Origin: a virus
Reading direction: 5' to 3' (one strand)
DNA length: 64,000 bases
IMG/VR virus record: IMGVR_UViG_3300030521_000002
Location: 11,294-75,293 of that record
Part shown: piece after piece, positions 1 to 9,572 of the stretch
Numbering within the stretch: position 1 is the first letter of the stretch
Layout: each line of letters starts with the position of its first letter
Translations under genes and position numbers: made by a program
The notes under the pieces: generated by a model
Seen by the model: the letters and a program-made list of their open reading frames with translations, nothing else
Told to the model about the DNA's origin: nothing
Database searches by the model: none

Positions 1-213
1 ATGAAATGCCTTACCAAGCATGGCCTGAATCACAGGCTTCTTCATTAAGCTATTAGCAGCCTGTGGAGCATTCTTATAACCAGCAGCACGAGCAGCATTC
101 GTTGCATTAAACGATTTATCAGCCAAAATAGCATCAATAAACAACTGTTGTTGAGCTGTTAATCTGTTCTTATCAGCACCTCTTTTTCGTTCTGTTATCA
201 GTTGTGTTGACAT
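1..213 (-). CDS. terS: Terminase small subunit (5' part; runs off the window edge)
   Basis: Not in the ORF track. Hand translation from ATG 213: MSTQLITERKRGADKNRLTAQQQLFIDAILADKSFNATNAARAAGYKNAPQAANSLMKKPVIQAMLGKAFH. Matches the Terminase_2 pattern LT.xQ..F...NAT.AA..AGY...A..L...P.I. Confidence 0.85.
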   Translation of the reverse strand, partial: MSTQLITERKRGADKNRLTAQQQLFIDAILADKSFNATNAARAAGYKNAPQAANSLMKKPVIQAMLGKAFH

Positions 214-250
214 AACCAGGCTAACTCATCACAGACTATATACCACAAAA

Positions 251-391
251 TCAGATAAACCACGCTGCCAACCAATAGAACACCACCGTCGAAACACAAG
301 CTACACAGAACACTACAAAACAGTTAAAGCAGAACCCCAATATCTCTGCCAACCTTTCCAACCCAGCCGATTCTTCGTCGTAGTAACTCAT
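251..391 (-). CDS. Small membrane protein
   Basis: Probable start MSYYDEE at 391 (ATGA overlap with the upstream stop); hydrophobic C-terminal half. Confidence 0.5.
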   Translation of the reverse strand: MSYYDEESAGLERLAEILGFCFNCFVVFCVACVSTVVFYWLAAWFI

Positions 392-852
392 GTTTGTGCT
401 TGTCCCTGAAACACGACTCTCAACCTTGTCCACTCATTCAGCATCCACTGACAACTATTGTGGGGTCTAATTATAGTTCCCTTACCAGAGACATAATAAT
501 GCTCAAATGGCAGAGTTGACTCTATCAGCAACTGCTTAACCTCTGTATTCTGTTCTACTTTGGCTCGCATAGCCACTTTGAACTTATACTCAAACTCCAA
601 CTTACTATCATCAGGCCAATCATTGATACAAAGGATTCTACCCACCATCTTGGCCTTGTACCCATACATCTTTCTCAGTGCTTCCCGAGAGCCATCATTA
701 GGAGCTAACATCCAATACCAATATCCCTCCAGGGAAGCAAACTCACCAGCAGGAATATGGATCGGCGTATGAGCAAAGTTAGACAGGATACGTCCAACCT
801 CTGTCTCCCCCTTGGAGTAAATGTTGATATGGCCCACGCCATCCTTACCCAT
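388..852 (-). CDS. NADAR/YbiA-like protein
   Basis: LSNF..., F.SLEGYW and MRAKVEQN..VKQLLIEST resemble NADAR motifs (LSNF, S.E, AKF.QN..L...L..T). Confidence 0.55.
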   Translation of the reverse strand: MGKDGVGHINIYSKGETEVGRILSNFAHTPIHIPAGEFASLEGYWYWMLAPNDGSREALRKMYGYKAKMVGRILCINDWPDDSKLEFEYKFKVAMRAKVEQNTEVKQLLIESTLPFEHYYVSGKGTIIRPHNSCQWMLNEWTRLRVVFQGQAQT

Positions 853-855
853 AGA

Positions 856-1590
856 TCACCCACCTCCTACACGGCTCTCTCGCAGCGGGAAATCCTGGGC
901 TAATTGTTCGCGCTTGGCCTTGATCTGCGCTTGCCAATGCTCAGGAAAGTCATTCTCATGCTTAACCACAGCTTTGACCAATCCGGTGTGGTTCATATGA
1001 GCCACCGACCATAATCCAACAGCTAGTTTCTCACGTGTGGTATCACTGAACCTAGAAGCCACAGCCTCCAGCGTATCCCCTGCTACGTTCCTCAATTCCA
1101 CCACAGTCAATTCAGCTGGCATGTTACTCTCCTGCTCAAGTGTGTGTAGCTCTTTGTGAAGCCGATTGTTTGTTTCACATATATCCAAGTAAATCTTCCT
1201 AAACCTCTGTAAATCAAATAGGAGTCGGTTTAACCCACCATGAGCGAAGTATTCAGGACCTGTTCGGTTAGTAATAACCTCATCCAACACGGTTGCTTTA
1301 CAGTCCACCATGAACTTTTCAATAATCCGAGATAGTAAAGAACCCGGCTTATTTGGCAAGTTGGCTACAAGCTCCTTTCCAGCAATATCCCCAACCTCCG
1401 TCCAATCCTGGCTTTCCACTTCCTTGGTAGGTAGACAGCTAGGACTCTCAGCCATTAGCTCTTGGAGAACAACCAGGATATCATATAGGATTCGATCTCT
1501 GGTAGCACCATCCCCTCGACGAGGTTCTCCAAACAAACTGCGTTGCATTTGTTCCGTATGCAAGGGAATGTGATCTTTACTAGCACTCAT
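856..1590 (-). CDS. Hypothetical protein
   Basis: 244-aa ORF with GGAG upstream, in operon context. Confidence 0.6.
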   Translation of the reverse strand: MSASKDHIPLHTEQMQRSLFGEPRRGDGATRDRILYDILVVLQELMAESPSCLPTKEVESQDWTEVGDIAGKELVANLPNKPGSLLSRIIEKFMVDCKATVLDEVITNRTGPEYFAHGGLNRLLFDLQRFRKIYLDICETNNRLHKELHTLEQESNMPAELTVVELRNVAGDTLEAVASRFSDTTREKLAVGLWSVAHMNHTGLVKAVVKHENDFPEHWQAQIKAKREQLAQDFPLRESRVGGG

Positions 1591-1599
1591 CGTCGTCTC

Positions 1600-1938
1600 C
1601 TAGCGTTGGGGTTTGTCGATTGCATTGAGCAGCTTAGCTACCTCGATTGTATCATTCCTCAGAGCCTCTAGGTCACTAGGGAGATTAGGAACATCCCTGA
1701 GACTCCCGAGCACATGGTTGATATAAGCCCTGAGAGCCACCCGGCTAGCCTCATTGTGCAAACCGTCGTTAGGGGCTTGATCGAAGCGCAGGACGAAGTA
1801 TTTAGCTGATAGGTCGGCTTCGCCGAAAACGTAGCTGGTTAGATACTTACCATCAACGCTGCTTACCAAGGCAACGGTACGAGGTTCTAACAGTGCTTGA
1901 ACAGCCGGGTCTAGCGGTGTTCCAAGTTCAACGAACAT
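1600..1938 (-). CDS. Hypothetical protein
   Basis: 112-aa ORF with AAGGA upstream. Confidence 0.6.
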   Translation of the reverse strand: MFVELGTPLDPAVQALLEPRTVALVSSVDGKYLTSYVFGEADLSAKYFVLRFDQAPNDGLHNEASRVALRAYINHVLGSLRDVPNLPSDLEALRNDTIEVAKLLNAIDKPQR

Positions 1939-1965
1939 CAGAGATATCCTTTGTATTACCTTAAT

Positions 1966-2223
1966 TCAAAGCCCTTTTTCAAAGCCCTTTGTAGCGAACC
2001 CTATTTGCAGGTAACTCCACGATTCTTGTATTTCAGCGATCGTTCCGTCCTTAATCCACTTATAAGCCAGAGCTTTGGTTTTGAAGAGGATGGGAAAGTA
2101 AAGCACGCAATCATAGTGGATTTCCCAAGAGCATAGTTGGCCATGTTCGGGATGGTAGACAGAGCAATTATCACTGACATGTAACTCATCTCGATGGTCA
2201 TGGCAGTTCCATCTCTCAGACAT
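1966..2223 (-). CDS. Hypothetical protein (alternative frame 2001-2201 is also open)
   Basis: AAAGGTG upstream of ATG 2223; real frame ambiguous. Confidence 0.35.
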   Translation of the reverse strand: MSERWNCHDHRDELHVSDNCSVYHPEHGQLCSWEIHYDCVLYFPILFKTKALAYKWIKDGTIAEIQESWSYLQIGFATKGFEKGL

Positions 2224-2238
2224 ACTTCACCTTTGTAT

Positions 2239-2288
2239 TAAAAGGGTGGAGCCACCGCAGTAGGCGCAATACACACGGTGCTCCACCC
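2239..2288 (-). terminator. Putative intrinsic terminator/hairpin
   Basis: GGGTGGAGC-CACCG...CGGTG-CTCCACCC inverted repeat followed by TTTT on the minus strand. Confidence 0.5.
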
Positions 2289-2615
2289 CAACCCTAACGC
2301 TTGTATCCTAGCCGATTTCCCCGGTCGGTAAACGATGCACCGTAAGGACTTATAAAAACCCCCAAAAAATATGGTACATGGGGTAGTAATACTAAATGAT
2401 TATATCTACAATGACACCGGGATAGTATTATTACTACTCATTACTCTGTAATGATTGTATTAGGGAGTTAGCAGTAATGTCTAACAGTAGTAACAACAAA
2501 TCTAAGAAGGGCCTTTGGGGACGTTCCCTCAATTTCACTAGCCCTAAGACACAAGCCGAGAAGGAACTCTACCTCGCTTACGACAAGGCTAAAAAGCCAA
2601 ACGGTCTAAGTAGTC

Positions 2616-2837
2616 TCACACACGGTAAGGCATCTCCTCTCGCTCCAGAGGAATCCCCAATGCCTTGCCCAAAGCTTCCGCCGTGGAGCTAAGCATTTGG
2701 CCGTGCATGAGACTACCAGTACAAGGACCATTACGCTCGATGATCCATACGTCGCACATAGCCGTCTCAGGATAGCTCCTAATCCTTAGCAAGACGTTGG
2801 CAGGCTTAGGTTGCCTCTTGAGGATCGGCTTAGGCAT
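2616..2837 (-). CDS. Hypothetical protein with MPKPI N-terminus
   Basis: ATG CCT AAG CCG ATC CTC AAG at 2837, overlapping the upstream stop. Confidence 0.6.
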   Translation of the reverse strand: MPKPILKRQPKPANVLLRIRSYPETAMCDVWIIERNGPCTGSLMHGQMLSSTAEALGKALGIPLEREEMPYRV

Positions 2838-3100
2838 CACTTAGCCTCAGTAGGAACGGTGGGGAGAAATACAATAGGGAGTTGTTCGGCAACTGCCCTA
2901 CCGACAGCTTCAATCAATAGGGTAACACTCTTCTTACACTTCCTCTGTTCCTTAAACCCCTCCCCCGAGCAAGCCAGGATTCTGCCATTGACCGCCCTTA
3001 GATGCCATCTCCACTCTCCCTTAGCGTCTTGGAAGACTTCAAAGCGAGGTGTCTTGGGCTTGTTCGCCTTAGCCTTGATTACGGGTTTCTTCTTTGCCAT
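2837..3100 (-). CDS. YegP/DUF1508-family protein
   Basis: RFEVFQDAKGEWRWHLRAVNGRILACSGEGF fits DUF1508; AGGAGCTAG RBS. Confidence 0.8.
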   Translation of the reverse strand: MAKKKPVIKAKANKPKTPRFEVFQDAKGEWRWHLRAVNGRILACSGEGFKEQRKCKKSVTLLIEAVGRAVAEQLPIVFLPTVPTEAK

Positions 3101-3120
3101 TGTCTAGCTCCTTGTAAAAG

Positions 3121-3684
3121 TTACTCGATTACATCGAACTCATTCCCACAACCACATGTAGGAACTCCCGACTCTTCCAACCACTTACGAGAGATTCGTA
3201 AATTACATCCACACTCACAAACTAGTTTAATTGAACTACTGACCAACTTGGTTCTAGCAGTTGGTAATAGCGCTTGGTGCGGATAAGGCCCAAGCTTTCC
3301 TAAGAACTTATCTAAAAGTTCCTTGAGTTTATCGCCAGGGCCAGCATTAGTGGGCTTTCCAACGAGCCCTAATGACCTGCAAGCGCGAATGAACATTCCC
3401 TTATGGCCACATTGCGTACCAACCGCTACGTGGACTAGCTCATGGGCTACCGTTCCAGCAACTTCGATAGGGTTCTCCAATGTAGGGCTAATAAACAATT
3501 CGTAGATACCCGCCTTGCTAGACACATTGGAATGGCACTGTCCGATAACCCTAGCTTTGCGACTCAATGCCCGAATACATGGCCAACCGCAAGTAATCCT
3601 CCAAGGGTCGAGCTTAAACCCCTTGCGAGAATACATGCCTGTTAGTTCTTCGGCTACCTTAGTTAGCCAATCCTCGCGGTTCAT
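3121..3684 (-). CDS. SprT-like zinc metalloprotease
   Basis: IGQC...I.ISP...HELVH...GHKG.F, plus C-terminal CECG...PTCGCG zinc ribbon. Confidence 0.8.
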   Translation of the reverse strand: MNREDWLTKVAEELTGMYSRKGFKLDPWRITCGWPCIRALSRKARVIGQCHSNVSSKAGIYELFISPTLENPIEVAGTVAHELVHVAVGTQCGHKGMFIRACRSLGLVGKPTNAGPGDKLKELLDKFLGKLGPYPHQALLPTARTKLVSSSIKLVCECGCNLRISRKWLEESGVPTCGCGNEFDVIE

Positions 3685-5042
3685 TCCTCAATCTCCGCAT
3701 AGAGCTTGCGTAACCGATTCGTGAGCTTCCAGCGTTGTTGCTTGTTCTTAGCACCATTGGGCAAGGGCAAGTCCTCACGTTCAATCACATGAATCTTACG
3801 CAAGAACCTGACCAGCACTTGGGTACGTTCCATCGGGTAGTGGGTATAGGCTGCTAAAGTCCCGGTATCCAAGCCTAACGTCGAACGGTAGAGGCAACGG
3901 ACCATCTCCATAGTTTGGCCACTCGCTGTATTGATAGCCACCTTCTTCACCCTCCGCATGACTTCCTCATCAATCGTCTTGCGGTTTAATACCACTGCTA
4001 AGCAACATGCCAACCTTACGAATTGGTGGGTAAGTCTCGTGGGCATTTCTTTAGAGCTACGTTCCTCAAACTTCTGGCCGGGCCTAGCTCGTAAGAAAGC
4101 CGTGAACTCGGCTAACGAAGCGCACGTACCCACAATGGCATCCTCATCAATGGTCAGCATTGAAAGTAAGTCCTCGATGTTGCTCTTGAGCCAATCCACG
4201 TAGCCACCCGTGAGTTGGTAAGCCTCTGCTTTCTCAGGAGTCATTTGACTTTCGGGGTGAGCACTCGATTTCTTCATTACCGAGCGTATAGCCGTGTAGC
4301 CCACCCTTCGCAGAATCTCTGCTTGTTCATCGTGACTTGGGGGATCGAAGAAGACTTTTAGGAACCGATCACCCAATTGGCTTTGGTCCGAGGCTAGCAG
4401 AGCGAACGTGCCCGCCATGATCCAAGGGGTGCGCAATCCCATATAGCGGGTATCTTCATCCTTATTTTTGTAGGTAGAACCTGAAACACCATCGAAGATA
4501 CGCCGTTGCTGGCCCATGATCTCGGCGAAGTTAGCTCCCGAAATGAGCGTATCACCTTCCGGGGTAATTAGCGTCTTACGGTTAATCCTTGAGATGAGCG
4601 AGAAATCCTTACCTTCGCCCCCGCCTTTCCATCCACTATGAAATCCGGTGATGTGCTCCAGGGCATGGCAAGACTTGCTAATTAGCATTCCGTCACAGAA
4701 CTGCGTTTTGCCACTTCCGGCATCAGCAATCACCATGAGAAAGAGCTGGTCCCCAACTTGCTCGGTCGAAGCAGCTACCGCTAGCATGATGCTCAACACG
4801 TCGTCCATCTCGCTTCGCCACTTCATCGCCTTACGCCAAGCATTGATTAAATCCCGGTAACTATTGCAAGGAATGGGTTGAAGCCCGGCGGAACCGTTTT
4901 TAAGGGCCTCATCTTCGTCGCTAGTGAGTGCTAGCTCTAGGGGACGTAATTTCCCTAGTATGGACTCCAAGGCCCGCAATCGGCCTCCTAGGCCCCTAGG
5001 ATTAGACGTTGGTAAACTACCTATCTTAACGGGGGTCGGCAA
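3681..5042 (-). CDS. AAA+/MCM-like ATPase, probable replicative helicase
   Basis: Walker A ADAGSGKT, Walker-B-like LITPEGD, Arg-finger-like GDRFL, C-terminal wHTH-like region; near the primase gene. Confidence 0.65.
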   Translation of the reverse strand: MPTPVKIGSLPTSNPRGLGGRLRALESILGKLRPLELALTSDEDEALKNGSAGLQPIPCNSYRDLINAWRKAMKWRSEMDDVLSIMLAVAASTEQVGDQLFLMVIADAGSGKTQFCDGMLISKSCHALEHITGFHSGWKGGGEGKDFSLISRINRKTLITPEGDTLISGANFAEIMGQQRRIFDGVSGSTYKNKDEDTRYMGLRTPWIMAGTFALLASDQSQLGDRFLKVFFDPPSHDEQAEILRRVGYTAIRSVMKKSSAHPESQMTPEKAEAYQLTGGYVDWLKSNIEDLLSMLTIDEDAIVGTCASLAEFTAFLRARPGQKFEERSSKEMPTRLTHQFVRLACCLAVVLNRKTIDEEVMRRVKKVAINTASGQTMEMVRCLYRSTLGLDTGTLAAYTHYPMERTQVLVRFLRKIHVIEREDLPLPNGAKNKQQRWKLTNRLRKLYAEIEE

Positions 5043-5051
5043 TTTAGCCTC

Positions 5052-5264
5052 CTATCGAGAACAGCGAAGGACCACAATCGCTAGTACTGTGTATCCGGTG
5101 GATTTGACTAATTGACAGAGGATTTCTCTCGGAACTTGCTTGTGCTTTAAGAGGTGCTGACCAGCAATAATCGTATGGCAAATAGCACTGACTCCATGAT
5201 AGCCCAAGCTAACTAAGCACGAAGTATGGTTGAGTTTAGAGAGTTTCGTCATTTGCATCCCCAA
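5052..5264 (-). CDS. Hypothetical protein
   Basis: Fills the gap between the J-domain and ATPase genes. Confidence 0.4.
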   Translation of the reverse strand: MGMQMTKLSKLNHTSCLVSLGYHGVSAICHTIIAGQHLLKHKQVPREILCQLVKSTGYTVLAIVVLRCSR

Positions 5265-5911
5265 TCATGGCCCCAGGCCGATTCAAACTTAATCTCGATG
5301 CCTTGCAAGTTTATCTTTCCATAAGTTTTTACCGCCTTCTCGAAATCGAACTCCGAATCGTTCAGTAACACGAGAATCTCTTTGGTGGTATCAAGTAAAC
5401 CCTGAAATCTAGCTAAGGTTTGCTCAATCTCTTGCAGCGGTTGCTCAACCACCTGCTTGAGGATGTTGGGGGCGTTCTTATTCTTCCGCTTGAATCGCTT
5501 AGCTACCCCGAGCAGAATCTTCTTTTTCTTTTCCGTAGCCTTGATCTTCTCTTTCAATCCCCGTTCTTGGCCTTTGGCTTGATCCACCATCATCGCAATC
5601 ATGTTCTCTTGCTCGGGATTCATATTCTTTTCGAGCATGAAGGCGATTGCGCCGTGAACTAATTGGTGGAGCATCTCCCTAAATTGGGATTCCGAGTTAT
5701 CCGGTCGAGCATCCGTGCTACCAGTCTCATCGTATCGCTTCCGCTTAATCGGATCGGCTAGAATTTCAAATGCCAAAAGAATCTCCTTGTATAGCTGCTC
5801 ATCCCCACCCTTATCAGGATGATGTTCCTTGGATTGCTTACGGAGAGCAGCCTTGAGTTGCTCTAGCGTAGCCTCCCGATCGACTTCGAGGATTGTGTAA
5901 AGGTCCATCAT
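5249..5911 (-). CDS. J-domain (DnaJ-like) protein with coiled-coil C-terminus
   Basis: DLYTILEV...HPDKGG...AFEILADP.KR..YD. Confidence 0.9.
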   Translation of the reverse strand: MMDLYTILEVDREATLEQLKAALRKQSKEHHPDKGGDEQLYKEILLAFEILADPIKRKRYDETGSTDARPDNSESQFREMLHQLVHGAIAFMLEKNMNPEQENMIAMMVDQAKGQERGLKEKIKATEKKKKILLGVAKRFKRKNKNAPNILKQVVEQPLQEIEQTLARFQGLLDTTKEILVLLNDSEFDFEKAVKTYGKINLQGIEIKFESAWGHDWGCK

Positions 5912-6285
5912 TAGAATGGGATTAGATGGTTAACTACCAATCGCTTGCCTCTGAATGACAAGTCCAAATCTCGCTTACTATTCTGGATAAAGTCCCTGGC
6001 AATCGCCAAGCTCTTAGTATCCCACTTGGGATCAAGGGGAGCAGGCAACTCTACGATTCTAGCACCCTTGCCCCAACCAACGGCGTAGCTCATGTGAACA
6101 TCCTTACCAAGAGCAAGCAGTAGCTTGAAAGGCTTAAGAGCTTCGATAGTCTTTTGGGTATGTTCTTCATTCCTCAAAGCTACAGCTCTTAGCCCAGAAT
6201 GCCCCACGAGCCAATACAGACGGCGTAGGACAATGGGATCGTTTTGTTTAGTATCGGTATAGAGAGCGATAACGTCAGGCATCAC
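5911..6285 (-). CDS. Hypothetical protein
   Basis: 124 aa, overlapping start/stop codons on both sides. Confidence 0.6.
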   Translation of the reverse strand: MMPDVIALYTDTKQNDPIVLRRLYWLVGHSGLRAVALRNEEHTQKTIEALKPFKLLLALGKDVHMSYAVGWGKGARIVELPAPLDPKWDTKSLAIARDFIQNSKRDLDLSFRGKRLVVNHLIPF

Positions 6286-7211
6286 ACAACACCACTTAAA
6301 CAGTCACGTAGGTCAAATCCCGACGGTAATTCCAGATTGTACGTTTCATCGCCCCAACAGAGTAAGTTAATCTCGCTCGGTGGGGACTCTGACTCTTGCA
6401 ATAGCTTAGCAATCCGCTCCATGCCACTATAACTAGCCGATGGAATAACAGCACCCGTCTTGGGGTGTTTACGGGGATGGTCATTATGGGCCATGAGGTT
6501 GACGATCTTGCCTGAAAATAAGGAACACCAACTAGGGAAGAAGGTGTTGTTGGAGGGTACAGCAATTATATTCCCCTGACTCAATAGGCTAGCTTCGGGG
6601 TTAGCCGTGGAAACCAAGCCCGCATCCCCTTGTTTAGCGGCTCTCAACACTTCCCAATAGGCTATGGCGTCCCAGACCCCCTCTACTAAGTCAACGATAG
6701 GTTTCTTGTTATCCATCAATTGGGGGCCGAGTAACTTATGGCCTAGTGTTGGTGTGGGATGTAGCAGGAACCTATTTTTCTCTTCCACGAAATGGTAGCG
6801 GTACAACTGCTGCAATTTGCCTTCCTCATTGTAGCCCGGCACTAACCAATCATCGGTGGAAATAGACTTAGCTAAACCCCACATCATTAGCCCATCGCCA
6901 TTTAGTAACCGTCGATCGAGGGCTAGCTCATCGTAGCAGTCCCCGGTTGTGGCATCGAAGCTCATCTCCCAGAGCTTACGGATAAAGACATAAATGTTAC
7001 CACCTTGGATTACTTCCCCTGTTTCTTTACCCTCATTGCAAGAGAAGCACCTCCACTGCCCCGTTTCAATGTTGACAGAGAACTTACCATCCTTGCCGCA
7101 AAAAAGGCAGTCAGACACAGCCTCTTTATCGTTGCCTCTCCAATGTAAATCTAACCCATGAAAGCGATATGGCTTCAAATTATCTGGGGTGGCATTGGGT
7201 AACTTCGGCAT
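6282..7211 (-). CDS. DNA primase (Zn finger + TOPRIM)
   Basis: CLFC...WRCFSC zinc finger; LVEGVWDAIA; HND; GFDLRD. Confidence 0.8.
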   Translation of the reverse strand: MPKLPNATPDNLKPYRFHGLDLHWRGNDKEAVSDCLFCGKDGKFSVNIETGQWRCFSCNEGKETGEVIQGGNIYVFIRKLWEMSFDATTGDCYDELALDRRLLNGDGLMMWGLAKSISTDDWLVPGYNEEGKLQQLYRYHFVEEKNRFLLHPTPTLGHKLLGPQLMDNKKPIVDLVEGVWDAIAYWEVLRAAKQGDAGLVSTANPEASLLSQGNIIAVPSNNTFFPSWCSLFSGKIVNLMAHNDHPRKHPKTGAVIPSASYSGMERIAKLLQESESPPSEINLLCWGDETYNLELPSGFDLRDCLSGVV

Positions 7212-7555
7212 TAGTTAAGACCTTCCTCATAGAATTCTGTTCCTGCAACAATTGGAACACCTTGAACAACTTTTTCCAAAGTGTCTCCACCATCTTCTAG
7301 TGACCAACACAAAGCAACTAACATAGACCTTAAGCATAGCCGCTGATCTTTAGATAACCCTTTTGTTGTTGCGTAAGCTAAAGCAACTTTATCCAGAGCT
7401 TCCCTAATTTGTTGCTCACTCTTCATTGGTTCCCCCTTGTACTGCACCAATCCGCTTAGTCCGGGGCCAGTTGTCTTCCTGGTTAGCCGAAATACGAGCT
7501 TCAGGGGTATACCAGCGTTGTTCACTACGAGTATAAGTATTCCTTGAGTGCTCAT
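7211..7555 (-). CDS. Hypothetical protein (start may be ATG 7426, MKSEQQ)
   Basis: GGGGGA RBS before 7426. Confidence 0.5.
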   Translation of the reverse strand: MSTQGILILVVNNAGIPLKLVFRLTRKTTGPGLSGLVQYKGEPMKSEQQIREALDKVALAYATTKGLSKDQRLCLRSMLVALCWSLEDGGDTLEKVVQGVPIVAGTEFYEEGLN

Positions 7556-7742
7556 AAGGCACTTCTACTTCAAATGATTGCCAATTGGCTTTGACGCAAA
7601 ATCCACGTTCTGCCGAGACTCGGTTGTCCAACCACTGCCCCTCATGTAGCAGTTGATATTGCTCTAGCTCAACATCCTTAGTTGGTGGTTTTAGATAAGT
7701 ACAACCCTGGACTAAGAACACTGCTAACAACAAGCATCTCAT
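7416..7742 (-). CDS. Putative lipoprotein
   Basis: MRCLLLAVFLVQG-C lipobox-like signal; AAGGAG RBS. Confidence 0.55.
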   Translation of the reverse strand: MRCLLLAVFLVQGCTYLKPPTKDVELEQYQLLHEGQWLDNRVSAERGFCVKANWQSFEVEVPYEHSRNTYTRSEQRWYTPEARISANQEDNWPRTKRIGAVQGGTNEE

Positions 7743-7903
7743 CGTTTCTCCTTCACAATTTCGAGGATAGGAACTACAGAGTAAGTACCATCACTATTGG
7801 CACTGGTTTGTACATCAACGATCTTCACGAGCGAGCCCACTTTGTACTTGGTTTTCTTGCGGGCTTCCTCGTGAGATTTGGCTCTAACACAGTCGTATTC
7901 CAT
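7739..7903 (-). CDS. Small hypothetical protein (54 aa)
   Basis: Hand translation MEYDCVRAKSHEEARKK...; GGAGGGG RBS; coupled to both neighbours. Confidence 0.55.
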   Translation of the reverse strand: MEYDCVRAKSHEEARKKTKYKVGSLVKIVDVQTSANSDGTYSVVPILEIVKEKR

Positions 7904-8100
7904 TATACCCCCTCCTTTTCTACGGGTTTTCCATCGGAACCAAACTCGGTGCCTTCTTCGTCTTTATAGTTCAATTCAAGCCGCTTTTTACAATATTGGT
8001 TGAGTGTCAGTTTCTCTTTCGTAGCCTTTAGTCTGACAGTCTCCCGCTCCTCCAATGTCATTCTAACGACGATTGCACCCTTATTCGTAACGGTTGCCAT
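7903..8100 (-). CDS. Ribbon-helix-helix DNA-binding protein
   Basis: IVVRMTLEERETVRLKA..EKLTLNQY fits the RHH pattern; first gene of a divergent unit. Confidence 0.65.
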   Translation of the reverse strand: MATVTNKGAIVVRMTLEERETVRLKATKEKLTLNQYCKKRLELNYKDEEGTEFGSDGKPVEKEGV

Positions 8101-8304
8101 TGCTGCTCCTTGGGTTAATTAACGGTGTTTAAGGGGTCTACCCCTCCCCCCTTGGCAGTGATGGTTCCAGGGTACGGTTATGGAGGTGTAGTCTGGTGGC
8201 ATAGGGACTAGGGACGGTGGGCTAGAGTTGTAAAGCCCAGATGAATTACGTTACTGTTAGGGAAGATTATTTTGAACTATTTTGACGGATTGCTGATAAT
8301 TGTC

Positions 8305-8333
8305 TTGTCAGCACGCCGATACCTTATTATACT
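8305..8333 (+). promoter_or_regulatory. Sigma70-type early promoter
   Basis: TTGTCA-17 nt-TATACT, followed by hairpin TTAACCGC-GAAGG-GCGGTTAA. Confidence 0.7.
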
Positions 8334-8383
8334 TGTTATTAACCGCGAAGGGCGGTTAAACCCCTAACTACGGAGCCCCTAAA

Positions 8384-8593
8384 ATGACCGAACAAGAGCT
8401 TATGGCGGAAATTGAAATTGCAATCGACCGTGTTGGACTATCCGTTGTCTTGCAATCAATTGCCGAAATATGCAGCGAAAAGGCTGACCATGTGATGGAA
8501 ACGTATGCCGATAAAGGTATAGCGAGCAATTGGCGGAACGTGGCAACGATAATTAGCAAAGCATCGGAGACGGTCAAGCGATACGTAAGCTAG
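8384..8593 (+). CDS. Hypothetical early protein
   Basis: CCCTAACTACGGAG leader. Confidence 0.7.
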   Translation: MTEQELMAEIEIAIDRVGLSVVLQSIAEICSEKADHVMETYADKGIASNWRNVATIISKASETVKRYVS

Positions 8594-8637
8594 TTTTCAG
8601 CAGTATACAAACAAACCCTAACTACGGAGAATCGACC

Positions 8638-9096
8638 ATGACAACGACAAGCGTATTAATCCGGAAGCAAGAAAAGAAGTTTACCGCTGAGTATGTGAAT
8701 GAGCGTAAGGAGAATTCCCGTTTAGTTGCAACCGTGCGCTACGACGATAGTTGTGGGAATGGCCACAACTCGTTTGCGATAACTGGTGAATTGCGGAAAG
8801 GATCGCACGTTTCCGGTGGGTGTATCCATGACGAAATCGCCGAACGCCTACCAGAGCTTGCGCCCTTCATCAAATGGCATCTTTGCTCATCGGATGGCCC
8901 AATGCACTATGTTGCGAACACGGCCTATCATGTTGAGCAAGGCAAGCTTGATTACGCTCGTTCATCCGCAATTTGGCCGGAAGCTACCGACGAAGAATTG
9001 ACTGCCCCCGGCTTGGAAGATCGGCTATTAGCTCGCTTGCCTAAGCTCATGGAAGATTTCCGCCAAGCAGTCGAATCTTTCGGATTTACTTATTAA
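8638..9096 (+). CDS. Hypothetical early protein
   Basis: Same CCCTAACTACGGAG leader; YDD.CGNGHNSF.ITG, GGC.HDEI and KWHL..SDGPMHY look like conserved motifs. Confidence 0.75.
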   Translation: MTTTSVLIRKQEKKFTAEYVNERKENSRLVATVRYDDSCGNGHNSFAITGELRKGSHVSGGCIHDEIAERLPELAPFIKWHLCSSDGPMHYVANTAYHVEQGKLDYARSSAIWPEATDEELTAPGLEDRLLARLPKLMEDFRQAVESFGFTY

Positions 9097-9145
9097 CCCC
9101 CTTGCACCGAGACAATTACAAACCTTAATTTGAAGGAAATCTACC

Positions 9146-9541
9146 ATGATCTTAAATTCCCCAATTGAAATCTCCCCGCGTTTGCTCCCATGCGTGAGGA
9201 TCGGCAATGCCATAATCTCGATTACCTATTCCGACAAGTCTGACAGGGAGGGGCGGACGGTCTACGAGTATTTCATCGATACCCCCGAATGGGAACACAC
9301 CAACGACAATGATCTAAAATCCGGTTGTCAAGGTGGTTCGTTGCAATCCGGCTTGGAAAGCTTGCTAAGCTTCCTTGCCGCTTGTGGTGAATCTTACGGT
9401 TATCGGCAACGAACAGGACATGAGGGGGAGAATGAGTCTCTGTTCCCGCCAAATGTTGCCGAATGGGCTTACCAGAATTCCGACGAATTAGGTATGTTGT
9501 CGATCCAACTAGAGGAGGAGTCTGACTTAATCCAAGAGTAG
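9146..9541 (+). CDS. Hypothetical acidic early protein
   Basis: AAGGA RBS; 131 aa. Confidence 0.7.
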   Translation: MILNSPIEISPRLLPCVRIGNAIISITYSDKSDREGRTVYEYFIDTPEWEHTNDNDLKSGCQGGSLQSGLESLLSFLAACGESYGYRQRTGHEGENESLFPPNVAEWAYQNSDELGMLSIQLEEESDLIQE

Positions 9542-9572
9542 ATCACACAACACACGTTAAGAGGGTATTAAC

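Noticed and set aside
7416-7742. Rz/Rz1 spanin pair
   Set aside because: The lipoprotein is the outer ORF, there is no inner-membrane coiled-coil partner, and it lies in the replication region.
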